In this document: positions 37,340-47,243 of the stretch, piece after piece
Layout of the letters: every line of letters starts with the position of its first letter
How positions within the stretch are numbered: the first letter of the stretch is position 1
DNA from: an uncultured virus (IMG/VR IMGVR_UViG_3300020165_000015)
Taxonomy: Duplodnaviria; Heunggongvirae; Uroviricota; Caudoviricetes
DNA length: 64,000 nucleotides
Virus record (IMG/VR): IMGVR_UViG_3300020165_000015
Direction: 5' to 3' (one strand)
The notes under the pieces: model-generated
Database searches by the model: none
What the model was told of the DNA's origin: nothing
Seen by the model: the letters and a program-made list of their open reading frames with translations, nothing else
Position numbers and translations under genes: made by a program

Positions 37340-37738
37340 TTAGACCAATGAACCGTATACTTTATAGCTGTTGTTCATCAATCTCTCATATTTCACTTTG
37401 AGTGAAATTATTTTTTCTTCTTTTTCAAACTCATCGATAGGGGTATCGACTGTCTTCCCGAAAGTCTCACCATATTGAGAGAATGAAAGGTCAAACTCAC
37501 CACTTTCATTGAACTCCACGTCATCATATTGCTTACATGATAGTCCTACGTGAGAAAGTTTTGCCTTCATTTGTTCTACTGCAGCTTGTGGGTTCATGTA
37601 TTCTGAACTAGCACAATGTCCTAGTACTGCATTAATTTTTGCTTTCACAGATGAATCATCAATGTCGTATGGGGCATGCTCATCTCCAGGCCAAGCATTG
37701 AATTGCTGTTCTGCCATGAATTGATTGAATTTTTTCAT
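37340..37738 (-). CDS. putative head-packaged protein
   Basis: N-terminus MKKFNQFMAE resembles T4 capsid-targeting sequence. Confidence 0.65.
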   Translation of the reverse strand: MKKFNQFMAEQQFNAWPGDEHAPYDIDDSSVKAKINAVLGHCASSEYMNPQAAVEQMKAKLSHVGLSCKQYDDVEFNESGEFDLSFSQYGETFGKTVDTPIDEFEKEEKIISLKVKYERLMNNSYKVYGSLV

Positions 37739-37750
37739 AATTTTTTCCTA

Positions 37751-37978
37751 TTATTGATTGTCGTAGTAGTTTTTATTTAACTCACCACGAACTATTGTTT
37801 CACCGACTTTTCTACACTTAATGTAGACTCTCTCTGTATTACCGCCAATCGATGTAAACGTTCTAATACCATTTGCTACAGTTCCATTGGATTCGGAGTA
37901 TGTATCTGCAGTTGATTTATCTGCAGAGTTTTCATACTCCCAAATTCCGTTAGAGCCCGATACTGCCACCCAAGCCAT
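37751..37978 (-). CDS. hypothetical protein
   Basis: ORF in late gene block. Confidence 0.65.
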   Translation of the reverse strand: MAWVAVSGSNGIWEYENSADKSTADTYSESNGTVANGIRTFTSIGGNTERVYIKCRKVGETIVRGELNKNYYDNQ

Positions 37979-37987
37979 TTAAGACTC

Positions 37988-38560
37988 TTATGCTACTGCA
38001 GTAATCGTTCCAGCTGCGGTACCGATACCTGCGACTGAAGTGATTGTAGAAACTGTTGAAGTTCCTTTATCTTTAATTGTACCACCGTTCAATGCAACTG
38101 CGTTAGCACCAATACTTAATACGTCATCCGCTGCAATCGCTGCATTCGCTGCACCGTATGTAATTGAGAATGTAAGTTCGTTAGAACCTGTTCCACTTGC
38201 ATATGATAGTACGTGTGGGCCTCTTCCACTTCCACTACCTTGGTTACCGTTAGTAACTGATAGTTGAGGTGTTCCAGTAACGTCTACTGCTTCGTTAAAT
38301 ATAACTTTGGCAGATAGTGTTCCACCAGCAGATACGTCCCATGCAGTTGATACCCAATCGATATCAGTGATATCAGCAGCACCCAAAGCAGTTGTTAGAC
38401 CAGAGCTTGACCATGCCACTAGGACTTCAGTCAATGTTCTACTTCCCACAACCTTCTTCAGTTCCCAACCGTGTGGTTTTGCTGATGTGTTTGTTTTATC
38501 CGCGTCACTCAACCAGTTAGGTTTTGATTCAGTTCCACTTGTATGTCCCCATAGTGCCAT
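37988..38560 (-). CDS. virion structural protein with Ig-like domain
   Basis: MALWG start; FNEAVDVTGTP...YASGTGSNELTF; G/T/A-rich. Confidence 0.7.
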   Translation of the reverse strand: MALWGHTSGTESKPNWLSDADKTNTSAKPHGWELKKVVGSRTLTEVLVAWSSSGLTTALGAADITDIDWVSTAWDVSAGGTLSAKVIFNEAVDVTGTPQLSVTNGNQGSGSGRGPHVLSYASGTGSNELTFSITYGAANAAIAADDVLSIGANAVALNGGTIKDKGTSTVSTITSVAGIGTAAGTITAVA

Positions 38561-38573
38561 TTTAATTTCCTCT

Positions 38574-39119
38574 TTATTTTGCGACTCTTAATATAGTATC
38601 AAAAGTCTTTTTAAATGTTTTTACATCTTTTTGTAATAGACGAGAGTATTTATCACGCAAGGCAGGCTTAACAGACATTAAAGCGTCATAAACTTTCTCT
38701 GCATCCGCTGCTTTTACCTTTAACTTTTTCATGTCATCGGTTCTAATCTCGGTATCACGTTTAGTATCAACCATTTTCGATAGTTGTACTAAGATGTTTG
38801 CATCGGGTCTTAATTGCATTCCCGCTGCCTTTGAGTTAAAAGCATCGATAGCTCTATCGATAACTTCATCCTCTTGTGCTTCCGAATACTTTCCACCAGC
38901 CATAGTGCTGATTTTCTGTATCATGGCACGCAATTCTTTTTCTGATTTTGCCTTTGATACTGCACGTGCAATCTTCTTATTGCCACCGTCACTCATCATT
39001 GCAAAATCTGAAGCCTTCTCCATTACGGCATTGGTCTTCTTTGCAGCGTCTTTGATGTACCCTAATTTTTTAAGTTTTTCCTTAAAAATTTTGTATCTTG
39101 CATCACCTTTGACGCTCAT
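38574..39119 (-). CDS. lysine-rich putative internal head protein
   Basis: K/E-rich, in late block. Confidence 0.65.
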   Translation of the reverse strand: MSVKGDARYKIFKEKLKKLGYIKDAAKKTNAVMEKASDFAMMSDGGNKKIARAVSKAKSEKELRAMIQKISTMAGGKYSEAQEDEVIDRAIDAFNSKAAGMQLRPDANILVQLSKMVDTKRDTEIRTDDMKKLKVKAADAEKVYDALMSVKPALRDKYSRLLQKDVKTFKKTFDTILRVAK

Positions 39120-39120
39120 T

Positions 39121-40182
39121 TTACTTCATTCCTTTGGTTAACATCTTATCTATTTGTGGTGTGGTGTAATCACCATTTGTAGGGTCTCCATATGAAGATT
39201 TACCTATGACCACTCTTAGAAAGTCGTTTACCTGCTTTTTATTTCCTTTGATTCTTACGTGTTTACCTAAAACTGCAGCTTTAAGTTTAAATCTTCTCGC
39301 TGCTTTTGCAATTTCCATTCCATGATAGTTTTGGTCAGATGGACTACTGAACTTTTTGTTCTTTGGGTCTACAGTAATGTCCTGTACTTCTTCTGCAAAC
39401 ATGTTTAGGTATGATTCACCTATGTTATCACCTTGCTTAAGATATTTCTTTGCCTTAACTCTGTCATGGTAAAAGAACTGGTAATTCTTCTTAGTCTTGT
39501 CATCTCTTACGATGTAACTCTTAGGGCCCATCTTGACGACTTTACCCATGTACTTTGCACCGTCTGCTTGATAGTAATCTACTTCTGTACCAACTTTGAT
39601 TGAGTTCTTAGTCTCTGCACCCATACCATGTTTTGCAAGAACTCTATAGTTCTCTGATATAGTACTTTCATCAAGGATTGACATTATGAAGTCTTCTGCA
39701 TCATGTTTACCACTGACTTCACCAGTTTGTGATGCCCAACCTAGTAATTCATCTTCTACCTTTTTAGGTAAATCTTTATTGTTGTTTCTGAATTTGTCAA
39801 TATCACGTTTATATTTTGTGATAAGTTTTTTCCAGTCGTTATCTCTTGGGAACATTTTGATTACTTTTTTGTAATCTTCTGATACCATTTCACCTTCTGA
39901 TATAGTTCCTTCGTTTGCATACTTAAGTGCAGACTGTACTTCTTTTGATTTAAGAATCTTATCACCAAAGAACTTCTTAATTTCTTTAGCTGCAATATCC
40001 ATTGCACCACTCATGTCAAGTGCAACTTCTACTGCTTTCTTGACTTCGGGGTCACTGACTTTGTTTCTTCTGAAATAGGTAGAAACTTCTCTACCAGTAA
40101 GTTTCATCTTACCATAAGGGCCTAAAGGATTAACTTTCCCATCCTTGTCTAGTACCTTCTTTGCTTCGTGAAATAAATTCAT
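39121..40182 (-). CDS. multi-segment putative internal head protein
   Basis: Start MNLFHE after GGAG; repeated ISE/VSE/LDE/IGE/FAE linkers. Confidence 0.7.
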   Translation of the reverse strand: MNLFHEAKKVLDKDGKVNPLGPYGKMKLTGREVSTYFRRNKVSDPEVKKAVEVALDMSGAMDIAAKEIKKFFGDKILKSKEVQSALKYANEGTISEGEMVSEDYKKVIKMFPRDNDWKKLITKYKRDIDKFRNNNKDLPKKVEDELLGWASQTGEVSGKHDAEDFIMSILDESTISENYRVLAKHGMGAETKNSIKVGTEVDYYQADGAKYMGKVVKMGPKSYIVRDDKTKKNYQFFYHDRVKAKKYLKQGDNIGESYLNMFAEEVQDITVDPKNKKFSSPSDQNYHGMEIAKAARRFKLKAAVLGKHVRIKGNKKQVNDFLRVVIGKSSYGDPTNGDYTTPQIDKMLTKGMK

Positions 40183-40183
40183 T

Positions 40184-41416
40184 CTACTCTCCAAATATTG
40201 CGTATGACAAGATAGCATCTTGCATAATGATTTCTGCCATCTCTTCTCTAAACATTGTATCACCTTGGAAATCTTTCGAAAACTTATCGTGCATTCTGTT
40301 TGTTAATACAATATTCTCTTCGTAACCCATAACTTCACACTTCTTTAAGTGTCCTTGTATAAGTTTACCGTATTTTTGTGAATCGGGAAATTCTTTCTCC
40401 GTCTTCATTAATTTATCTAGGTCTTTTAAAATTTTATTTAACTTAGGTGCCTTATAGATGAATGGTTTTTCATTACCGTGTTTTGCTATAAGAGCATCTA
40501 CTTGTTTGTAGTAATCTCTACTTGCCTCAGTAACAGGCTGCTTTAGATTTTTTTTTTCATCTCCAAGTTTAATGAATTTTTTACTTGGTTTTGCTTCGTC
40601 TAAACCTTCACTGAATGCAGCCATAAGAATCTTTTCAAATCCTTTGTCTTCTTTAATACCTAGTTTTTTAATTTCAGATGCAATCTTCTTGTTGATGTCA
40701 CCAACTTCTTTAGTTGCAACTGGGCCTTGTGCAACTAGTCGTGCTTTTTGCATAAGAAGGTCTGAGTATTTTGCATACTTTCCAGCCTTCTCGTTAAATG
40801 TTTCTGATTCTGCGACACCGTCAATTGGTGTTGGTAGGACTTCTTCAATTTTAACTGATTCGTTTTTCGTTGGCCCGTTGACCTTACCCCTATACTTTTT
40901 AACAATCTTTTGTACATTTCTATCAGAAATAAATTTGTCTAAAGACTTTTCATCACCATAAAATTCTAAAGAATTTGGTTCATCAGATGCACCATCAAAA
41001 CTAGTTACATGCATTTTCTTAATTTTACTAATTAGTTTATCTATAACTGTTAATTCATCTTTGGAAATTTTACCCTTTGTTTCGATATATAAACTAGCTT
41101 CATGACCTCTACGGTCTTTATTTTTGAAGTTTTTCATATCTCGAACATCTTCGTCTATCTTTGACTCGTGTGCATGAGGTTTGTCACCTTTCTTTTGATG
41201 GTGTTCATTTTTCTCATCTTTTCCATCCCAATTCTTATCGATGTAATCATAGAATTCTTTCTCTTTGTCACCTTTAAGTTCTGCTGGTGATGTAACACCA
41301 AACTTCTTAAGTGCAGCTTGGAAAAACTTCTTGTAGTCTCCACTCTCTAATACAATTGCATTGGCAGCTGCAAGTAAGTCTGCAGATAAACCATGTCCTA
41401 GTCCTTCAAATTTCAT
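40184..41416 (-). CDS. multi-segment putative internal head protein
   Basis: VLE, IDE, IEE, FNE, IKE, LDE, VTE linkers between K-rich modules. Confidence 0.7.
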   Translation of the reverse strand: MKFEGLGHGLSADLLAAANAIVLESGDYKKFFQAALKKFGVTSPAELKGDKEKEFYDYIDKNWDGKDEKNEHHQKKGDKPHAHESKIDEDVRDMKNFKNKDRRGHEASLYIETKGKISKDELTVIDKLISKIKKMHVTSFDGASDEPNSLEFYGDEKSLDKFISDRNVQKIVKKYRGKVNGPTKNESVKIEEVLPTPIDGVAESETFNEKAGKYAKYSDLLMQKARLVAQGPVATKEVGDINKKIASEIKKLGIKEDKGFEKILMAAFSEGLDEAKPSKKFIKLGDEKKNLKQPVTEASRDYYKQVDALIAKHGNEKPFIYKAPKLNKILKDLDKLMKTEKEFPDSQKYGKLIQGHLKKCEVMGYEENIVLTNRMHDKFSKDFQGDTMFREEMAEIIMQDAILSYAIFGE

Positions 41417-42009
41417 TGTTCTAATTCCCCTTTTTCGAAGTAGTCAAACATTTTTTCTTTACCTTGTTCATCAAGACGTAAAGACTTTGCAAGTCTACCT
41501 AACATGTTTTTTTCTGTTAATTTTTCAACTGTCTTTTCGAGAGATGTGTTCTCTTCTTTAACTTCAACTTCATCTTTGAGAGGTTTAACGCCTGCATCTC
41601 TGAACATTGCCAATAGTTTATTGTTGGTAGGTAGTGTAATCTTTTTCTCTTTACCTAACTGAACAATTAACTTTTCGAATCCTTTTGGGTTTTGTTTCTG
41701 CATTGATTGGACTACTTTGACACCAGTCATAGATAGCATCTTTGCAACACCGTATTGTGAATCTTTATCACCTTTAAGATTGAATAACTTATCAATCATT
41801 GCACCAGCAGATGCTTCTAATAGAATATCTTCTTCTATCTCTTCTACTTCGGGAAGCGTATCTTCCGAAAAGAATGTTGACAATTCTTGGTCTATTTCAT
41901 CGGAAATAATTTGCTCAGCAGTCTTTTCTACTGTACCTTCTTTACGTGGTTCAATATAGTTACGAACCTCGTCTAGTTTTTCTTTCCAATTTTCTGATTT
42001 ATAACTCAT
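41413..42009 (-). CDS. putative internal head protein
   Basis: Acidic linkers; ATAAATA 5 nt upstream of ATG. Confidence 0.65.
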   Translation of the reverse strand: MSYKSENWKEKLDEVRNYIEPRKEGTVEKTAEQIISDEIDQELSTFFSEDTLPEVEEIEEDILLEASAGAMIDKLFNLKGDKDSQYGVAKMLSMTGVKVVQSMQKQNPKGFEKLIVQLGKEKKITLPTNNKLLAMFRDAGVKPLKDEVEVKEENTSLEKTVEKLTEKNMLGRLAKSLRLDEQGKEKMFDYFEKGELEQ

Positions 42010-42017
42010 AGTCTTAT

Positions 42018-42317
42018 TTATGTAATTCGTATCCTAACAACAAGATTTCCTTGTCCTTTTATCAACCTGTGGTAGGTCATTCTTGGGATATAATACTCTT
42101 CTCCTTGGTTTAATTGTATAGGTAACTCATCATCATGTTGTAACGACCAGCCTTTTCCACTTAGAACACTGACCACCCTTGATTCTTTATCACGGTGCCA
42201 TACTAGTTCTTCATCTTCAACACTTTCTGTAAACTCTCTGATAACATATGGTACACCTGTACCATGTTGTTCTTCTATTTTTTCTGTGTATGGTTTAGTC
42301 GTCAAGTTCGTGGACAT
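42018..42317 (-). CDS. cupin-like small protein
   Basis: LVWHRD...GWSLQ...YHRLIKG. Confidence 0.7.
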   Translation of the reverse strand: MSTNLTTKPYTEKIEEQHGTGVPYVIREFTESVEDEELVWHRDKESRVVSVLSGKGWSLQHDDELPIQLNQGEEYYIPRMTYHRLIKGQGNLVVRIRIT

Positions 42318-42555
42318 AGTTGTCTGTCTTTTCCTTATATCCATAGTATCCAAAGTCATTTGGTTCTAAATCAAATATCTTATCAACATAGTTCTCTGCG
42401 AGATTCTCAGCATATGTTTCTGAGTGGTCGTGAACCTTCCTTGTTGCATATTCGTTGTTTGTTAAACTGCTAAGGTCAACTTCCCAGCCCTTGTCTGTCT
42501 TATAGACTTCTGCTTTTCTATCATCCCTTAAATAACTGTGATATAATTCTCTCAT
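42295..42555 (-). CDS. hypothetical protein
   Basis: HSETYAENLAENYV motif; start trimmed. Confidence 0.65.
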   Translation of the reverse strand: MRELYHSYLRDDRKAEVYKTDKGWEVDLSSLTNNEYATRKVHDHSETYAENLAENYVDKIFDLEPNDFGYYGYKEKTDNYVHELDD

Positions 42556-42580
42556 AATATAACCTACACCTATATTTAGA

Positions 42581-43117
42581 CTACCAAAAAAAATCTCCCC
42601 CACCACTCAAACCTAATTGTTTTGCGTAGTACGGTAGTCGACATGCCCAATAGCCTGCCGTAGTCTTATCGTTCTTTGTGTCACATTGGTGTCTTGCAAC
42701 AAAAGATGCTCTTGCCTTCTTGTTATTCAGTTTTACTTTCAACCCTGTGGTATCACCCCATGATATCTTCTTAATCTTATCACCGTCTTTTACATAGACA
42801 TAGTATTTTTTGGAGCCACCAACCTTTGGTGAGTTCAGTTTAACGTCTTTCTTGTCTTCTTCTTCCATAATCATAGGACAATCTAAAGGAACAATGTTCC
42901 CTTCGTATACTTCGAATTGACCTAGGTCTGTTTCTATGATTTGTTTGTCGACTTCTGTGAGTGTGTACCTGTCTTCAGTAACAAGCTTTCGTGCTTCTTT
43001 GATGATTTCAAAATACATCATTGAACCTAATCTGAATGGGTTATCTGTAAGGTTGATACCTTCTGACTGCAAAGACTCTAATGTTTCGTCTATTGCGACT
43101 TCTCTCAACGTTTTCAT
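42581..43117 (-). CDS. conserved T4-like head-associated protein
   Basis: KKYYVYVK...ARASFVARHQC...AGYWAC. Confidence 0.75.
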   Translation of the reverse strand: MKTLREVAIDETLESLQSEGINLTDNPFRLGSMMYFEIIKEARKLVTEDRYTLTEVDKQIIETDLGQFEVYEGNIVPLDCPMIMEEEDKKDVKLNSPKVGGSKKYYVYVKDGDKIKKISWGDTTGLKVKLNNKKARASFVARHQCDTKNDKTTAGYWACRLPYYAKQLGLSGGGDFFW

Positions 43118-43548
43118 TAGTCGTCTAGTTCACCATTAGCTGCTATATCTGAATATGTAATTAATGCTCTTCTTGCCTTTACAATACCGTCATTAACATC
43201 CATCATGTATGTTGACTTACCATATTGTAATTTATTCATACCTTTATATGCTTGTTCTAATAACTTATCAATTCTTTTAACATCAGCTACTTCTTTTTTT
43301 GAATTAAATTTCTCTGTTAAGTCTTCGGTAACTTCTTCTTTTAGTTTCTCTTCCTTCTGATAAGGATATCCCTTTAATGGATTAGGGTACTTAGTAGAGA
43401 AGTGTTTCTTTTGTATTGCTTCATTAACATCTTTGATTTGTGATAGGTATTTTTCTACCTGTTGGCCTGGTGTATCGTCTTGATACGCCTTTCTAATTTC
43501 ATCGGTACCCACTTCGTGTACTCCGTTATCTGTTTTGTTTCCGCTCAT
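43117..43548 (-). CDS. hypothetical protein
   Basis: EVGTDE..KAY..DTPGQ motif. Confidence 0.7.
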   Translation of the reverse strand: MSGNKTDNGVHEVGTDEIRKAYQDDTPGQQVEKYLSQIKDVNEAIQKKHFSTKYPNPLKGYPYQKEEKLKEEVTEDLTEKFNSKKEVADVKRIDKLLEQAYKGMNKLQYGKSTYMMDVNDGIVKARRALITYSDIAANGELDD

Positions 43549-44498
43549 TTGATACCTCTTAATTTCAGTAATGTCTTAAAACTTTCTGATTGTGCTTCAG
43601 ACTTCTTTCTGTCTGCATCACGTTTTGCTTGAATTTGTTTGTCTGCAGTCTCTTTCTCTTTCTGACCATCAACTCTTTCTTGTTCTCTTTCGTGTCTTTT
43701 AGTCAATGCTTCAAGTTCATCCTCTTGTCTCTGTTTGAGTCTTTCGAGTTCACCTGCCTGTTTTGCTTTTAACTCCGCTGCATCTACAGCTGCATCTTCG
43801 AATAGTTCATCACCTTCTAGATTGTCACCGAACTTAAGAAATAGTTTACCTTTCTCTTGTTTCTTATCAGTAACCTTATGTTTAATCATTGCACCGATTG
43901 TGTTGATGAGACCAATACCTTTTTCGGGATTCTTTTTGAGTTCATCTTCCATTTTTTGACCAACCTTTTTCATGATTAAATCAATAATTTCATGAGCACT
44001 GGTAACTAGTTTTCCTTCTTGGACTGACTCAGATGCACCAGCTTTCTTTGCAAGGTCTTTATCTGCACCACCCCATGTTCCTTTACCTTTAGTAATGAAA
44101 GAGTTTACTCTTGCATGTCCCCATTGCTCTGGAGTAGTGCCTGGCCTGTGACCAGTCTTCCATGCAGCGACACCTCTGTTATAAACCTGTTGTAGAATAC
44201 CTTTAGAGATACCCGATTTATCCGCTTTCTTTGCAAGTGACTTACCAGCATCTTCGTACATATCTTTATACTTCTTAGTGTGTTTGGAAGGTTTAGTTTC
44301 TGCATCATGGTCGCCAGGTGCAGGGCCGTCTTTCTTCTGTGCAAAATGAGCTGCACGTTTTTGTTTGGTGGATTTAGACATTTCATCACCATCAGCATCC
44401 TTTGCATAATACTTAGATGGTTGAGTACCTTTACGGTCTTCAATATCTTTATCTTGTTTAACTTTTCTTTCGTTAAGTATTGATTCTAATATGTCCAT
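43545..44498 (-). CDS. multi-segment putative head protein
   Basis: MDILESILNE; QPSKYY; VYNRGVAAWKTGHRPG...WGHARVNSF. Confidence 0.75.
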   Translation of the reverse strand: MDILESILNERKVKQDKDIEDRKGTQPSKYYAKDADGDEMSKSTKQKRAAHFAQKKDGPAPGDHDAETKPSKHTKKYKDMYEDAGKSLAKKADKSGISKGILQQVYNRGVAAWKTGHRPGTTPEQWGHARVNSFITKGKGTWGGADKDLAKKAGASESVQEGKLVTSAHEIIDLIMKKVGQKMEDELKKNPEKGIGLINTIGAMIKHKVTDKKQEKGKLFLKFGDNLEGDELFEDAAVDAAELKAKQAGELERLKQRQEDELEALTKRHEREQERVDGQKEKETADKQIQAKRDADRKKSEAQSESFKTLLKLRGIK

Positions 44499-44506
44499 AG
44501 TACTAT

Positions 44507-45793
44507 TTATCGTTTTTTAGCATCTAGTTCTGCTTGTTTCCATGCAAGTGCTGTCTTATTACTCGGGAATGAACCAGTCCAACCGAGTAGTTTTGAATAT
44601 AGTTTAGTAGTTTTAGCTTCTAATGATTTAACATCATCATCGTTTGAAATCTCTACAAAGTCTCTACCGAATACCTTTTGTAGTTCTTTTGAATTCTTTT
44701 GTGCATTATCCCAATCTTGTTTTACAATTGCAGATGGTAGTTTTCTAGCTCTTTTTGCATTTCTTTTTTGTGCATTGTCCAATGATGCACTAACAAACAA
44801 CATCTTAGAATCATACCCAAGTTTATCTAACTGGGTTTTATATGCTTTAACTTTGGATATGTTTGCACTTGTAGTGTCGAATATCATTCCAAGTCTACCA
44901 CCGATATAGGCATTCATATTCTTTGTAGTGATATCCTTTGCCCTTGCACGAATTGGGTCAACCTTGTCGAAGTCTGCACCTCTAAGGTCAAGAGACATTC
45001 CTGCTTTCTTTAATCCGTTCTCGAATGCCTTATCTGTATTGACCAGTTTAAGACCAAGAGCTCTTAATGATAACTTATTTACAACTGTCGACTTACCACT
45101 TCCAGGCCCACCACTAAAGAAAACTGCTTTAAACGTTCCTTGGTCATAGACCCCTTCGTTGATTAAATCTTCAATCATATAGTCGGGTAGTGTGGACTCT
45201 ACGATACCCATTCCTTTACGGATATCTTTGTATAGTTGTTCTATATCTTTCTTGTTCTTGGTTGGAACACCTTGTGCAAATGCTTTGAAATCACCCTGTT
45301 CTGCAAGAGCTCTCAACTTAGATGCACTCATTCCACTTAAGTCATCTGCATCGGGGTCTCTCTCCCCTGCTGATACGATTTCAATCTCATCGAATTTGTA
45401 ATAACCGTGTCTTGCTTTAACTCCGTTGTACTTCTTAAGTAACATTTCGAATTCTTTGATTCTATCAGAACCAACTACCATCTTGACACGTGTGAACTTT
45501 TGTCTTTGTAACTCGTTTGCAATTTCAAATACAGTACGTGCTTGTACGTCTGCAACTATCCTACCAAAGAACTTCTTAAGATATCTTACTTTAACCTTGT
45601 GGTCTAATGGATTTTTCTTTTTGTCGTTTGAGTGAGAAGAGAAAAGCATAGGTTGATATCCACCACCAGCTTCTTTCTTAAGTTTGTCTACTAACTTTGC
45701 ATGACCAGTTGTGGGTGGATTGAATCTACCGAATGTGAATACCACACCTTTGTCTTTTGCTTCTGTTAGAAATTTTCCGAATGTCTTTTTCAT
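44507..45793 (-). CDS. HxGH nucleotidyltransferase (cytidyltransferase-like) fused to P-loop kinase
   Basis: FGRFNPPTTGH, VVGSDR, MSASKLR; then GGPGSGKS, DTT, RNAKRAR. Confidence 0.9.
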   Translation of the reverse strand: MKKTFGKFLTEAKDKGVVFTFGRFNPPTTGHAKLVDKLKKEAGGGYQPMLFSSHSNDKKKNPLDHKVKVRYLKKFFGRIVADVQARTVFEIANELQRQKFTRVKMVVGSDRIKEFEMLLKKYNGVKARHGYYKFDEIEIVSAGERDPDADDLSGMSASKLRALAEQGDFKAFAQGVPTKNKKDIEQLYKDIRKGMGIVESTLPDYMIEDLINEGVYDQGTFKAVFFSGGPGSGKSTVVNKLSLRALGLKLVNTDKAFENGLKKAGMSLDLRGADFDKVDPIRARAKDITTKNMNAYIGGRLGMIFDTTSANISKVKAYKTQLDKLGYDSKMLFVSASLDNAQKRNAKRARKLPSAIVKQDWDNAQKNSKELQKVFGRDFVEISNDDDVKSLEAKTTKLYSKLLGWTGSFPSNKTALAWKQAELDAKKR

Positions 45794-45990
45794 TTCATTT
45801 TCTCTCGGTCTTGGTCTACCATGTCATCCATTTTATCGATGTTTTCATAACCATCTTTTGAAGTGTCGTATTCGAATGCTTTTTCGGGGTCACCCACTAC
45901 CCAGTCATCATCTTTAAACTTGATATCTGTTTGAGCAGGATACTTTGGTAATGCAAACTCTTCTTCTAAAAATTGTTTAAATGATTTCAT
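45790..45990 (-). CDS. small putative internal head protein
   Basis: MKSFKQFLEE capsid-targeting-like N-terminus. Confidence 0.7.
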   Translation of the reverse strand: MKSFKQFLEEEFALPKYPAQTDIKFKDDDWVVGDPEKAFEYDTSKDGYENIDKMDDMVDQDREKMK

Positions 45991-47192
45991 TACTTGTCCC
46001 AGTTCTTAATTGCTGTAAAGTTATTAAATGCAAATTCCATTCTGTCGACAAGCTTTACAGCCTTACCACTTCTATCGATTGCAACATAACCTTCGGGGTT
46101 AACTGCTTCGAATCCTTTGTCCGTTTTCTTGAATGTTCCGATGCTCTTTACTCTATTTAGAGCAACGATTATGATTTGTTTTGCAGACACCAAGTGACCC
46201 ATGAAACTAGTAAGATTTGTGATAAACTTTTTAAGACTTTTCAACTCTCTTAAAAGGTCTTGACCAATTTCTGTTTTGATTAGTTTATGTTTCTCTGTCT
46301 TAACACCACCGACAACTTTATCTTTCCAGTAACCGTCAAAGTGTTTAATGTATCCGTCAAATGTTGGATTGAATTTACCTTGTCTGATTAATGAGTTGCA
46401 GTATGTCTTATAAGATGCACCAGCACCCTTCTTTGTGATTGTTGATTGTATTTCTTGAAACTTCTGTAGGTCTTTCCTAGTGATACCATGAAATGCTTTA
46501 CCTGTTGCAGTCAATTCTTGAGTCAATCCAAGCGTTTCCTTTGCAGTCATTGTACTGTTACCACTGACATCTTTATACGTTGCATCATCTAACCACACAT
46601 CTGTGCTACTTCCCAACTTAGATATGTTTGCACCAAATGATGCACTCAATCCTTCAATAGTTGAACCTTCGTATGTGGTGTGAAATACAATACCCATCTT
46701 AGAGTTTGCGATTACTTTACCAAGTTGTGATTCTTCATCAACTGCATAGAGGATTGTGTTGGGTTGGAAAGTGATGTACGACTTACCATCTATCGTCTGT
46801 GTTTTCTTGTCGTTAGTGTACATCAAGTCACCTTGCATGACTGTATTCCAAGATAGTTTAGATAAGTATTTGAATGAGGTTAGGAATTTTTCTTTAAGTT
46901 GGCCACCTAGGTCGGGACTATTCTTTATTTCATCTTCTGAGGTATAAAATAAAGGAGTCTTATTGAATAGGGATTTCTTTGCAACAAAGAATTGATTTGT
47001 CTCGGGATGTCTTCCACAAAAGATAGCAGGAGCTCCATCCCACTTAACAGTCATATTAACTTTAGAGTTAGAATGACCTTTCATCATGTCTCTTAGACCT
47101 TGAAGAAAGTTAATTGCACCACGACCACCATCAATACCTTGATTGATGATTTCGTCTTCTAGATGTTCTAAATGTAAGTTTTTTGCACTCAT
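45990..47192 (-). CDS. conserved T4-like protein with ligase-like nucleotidyltransferase motifs
   Basis: HLEHLED, TVKWDGAP, QGDL, EGYV, KLVDR. Confidence 0.75.
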   Translation of the reverse strand: MSAKNLHLEHLEDEIINQGIDGGRGAINFLQGLRDMMKGHSNSKVNMTVKWDGAPAIFCGRHPETNQFFVAKKSLFNKTPLFYTSEDEIKNSPDLGGQLKEKFLTSFKYLSKLSWNTVMQGDLMYTNDKKTQTIDGKSYITFQPNTILYAVDEESQLGKVIANSKMGIVFHTTYEGSTIEGLSASFGANISKLGSSTDVWLDDATYKDVSGNSTMTAKETLGLTQELTATGKAFHGITRKDLQKFQEIQSTITKKGAGASYKTYCNSLIRQGKFNPTFDGYIKHFDGYWKDKVVGGVKTEKHKLIKTEIGQDLLRELKSLKKFITNLTSFMGHLVSAKQIIIVALNRVKSIGTFKKTDKGFEAVNPEGYVAIDRSGKAVKLVDRMEFAFNNFTAIKNWDK

Positions 47193-47243
47193 AGTAGGTA
47201 TTATACACCAATTTGGTGTCCTTGTCTACTATTTATGTATTTT

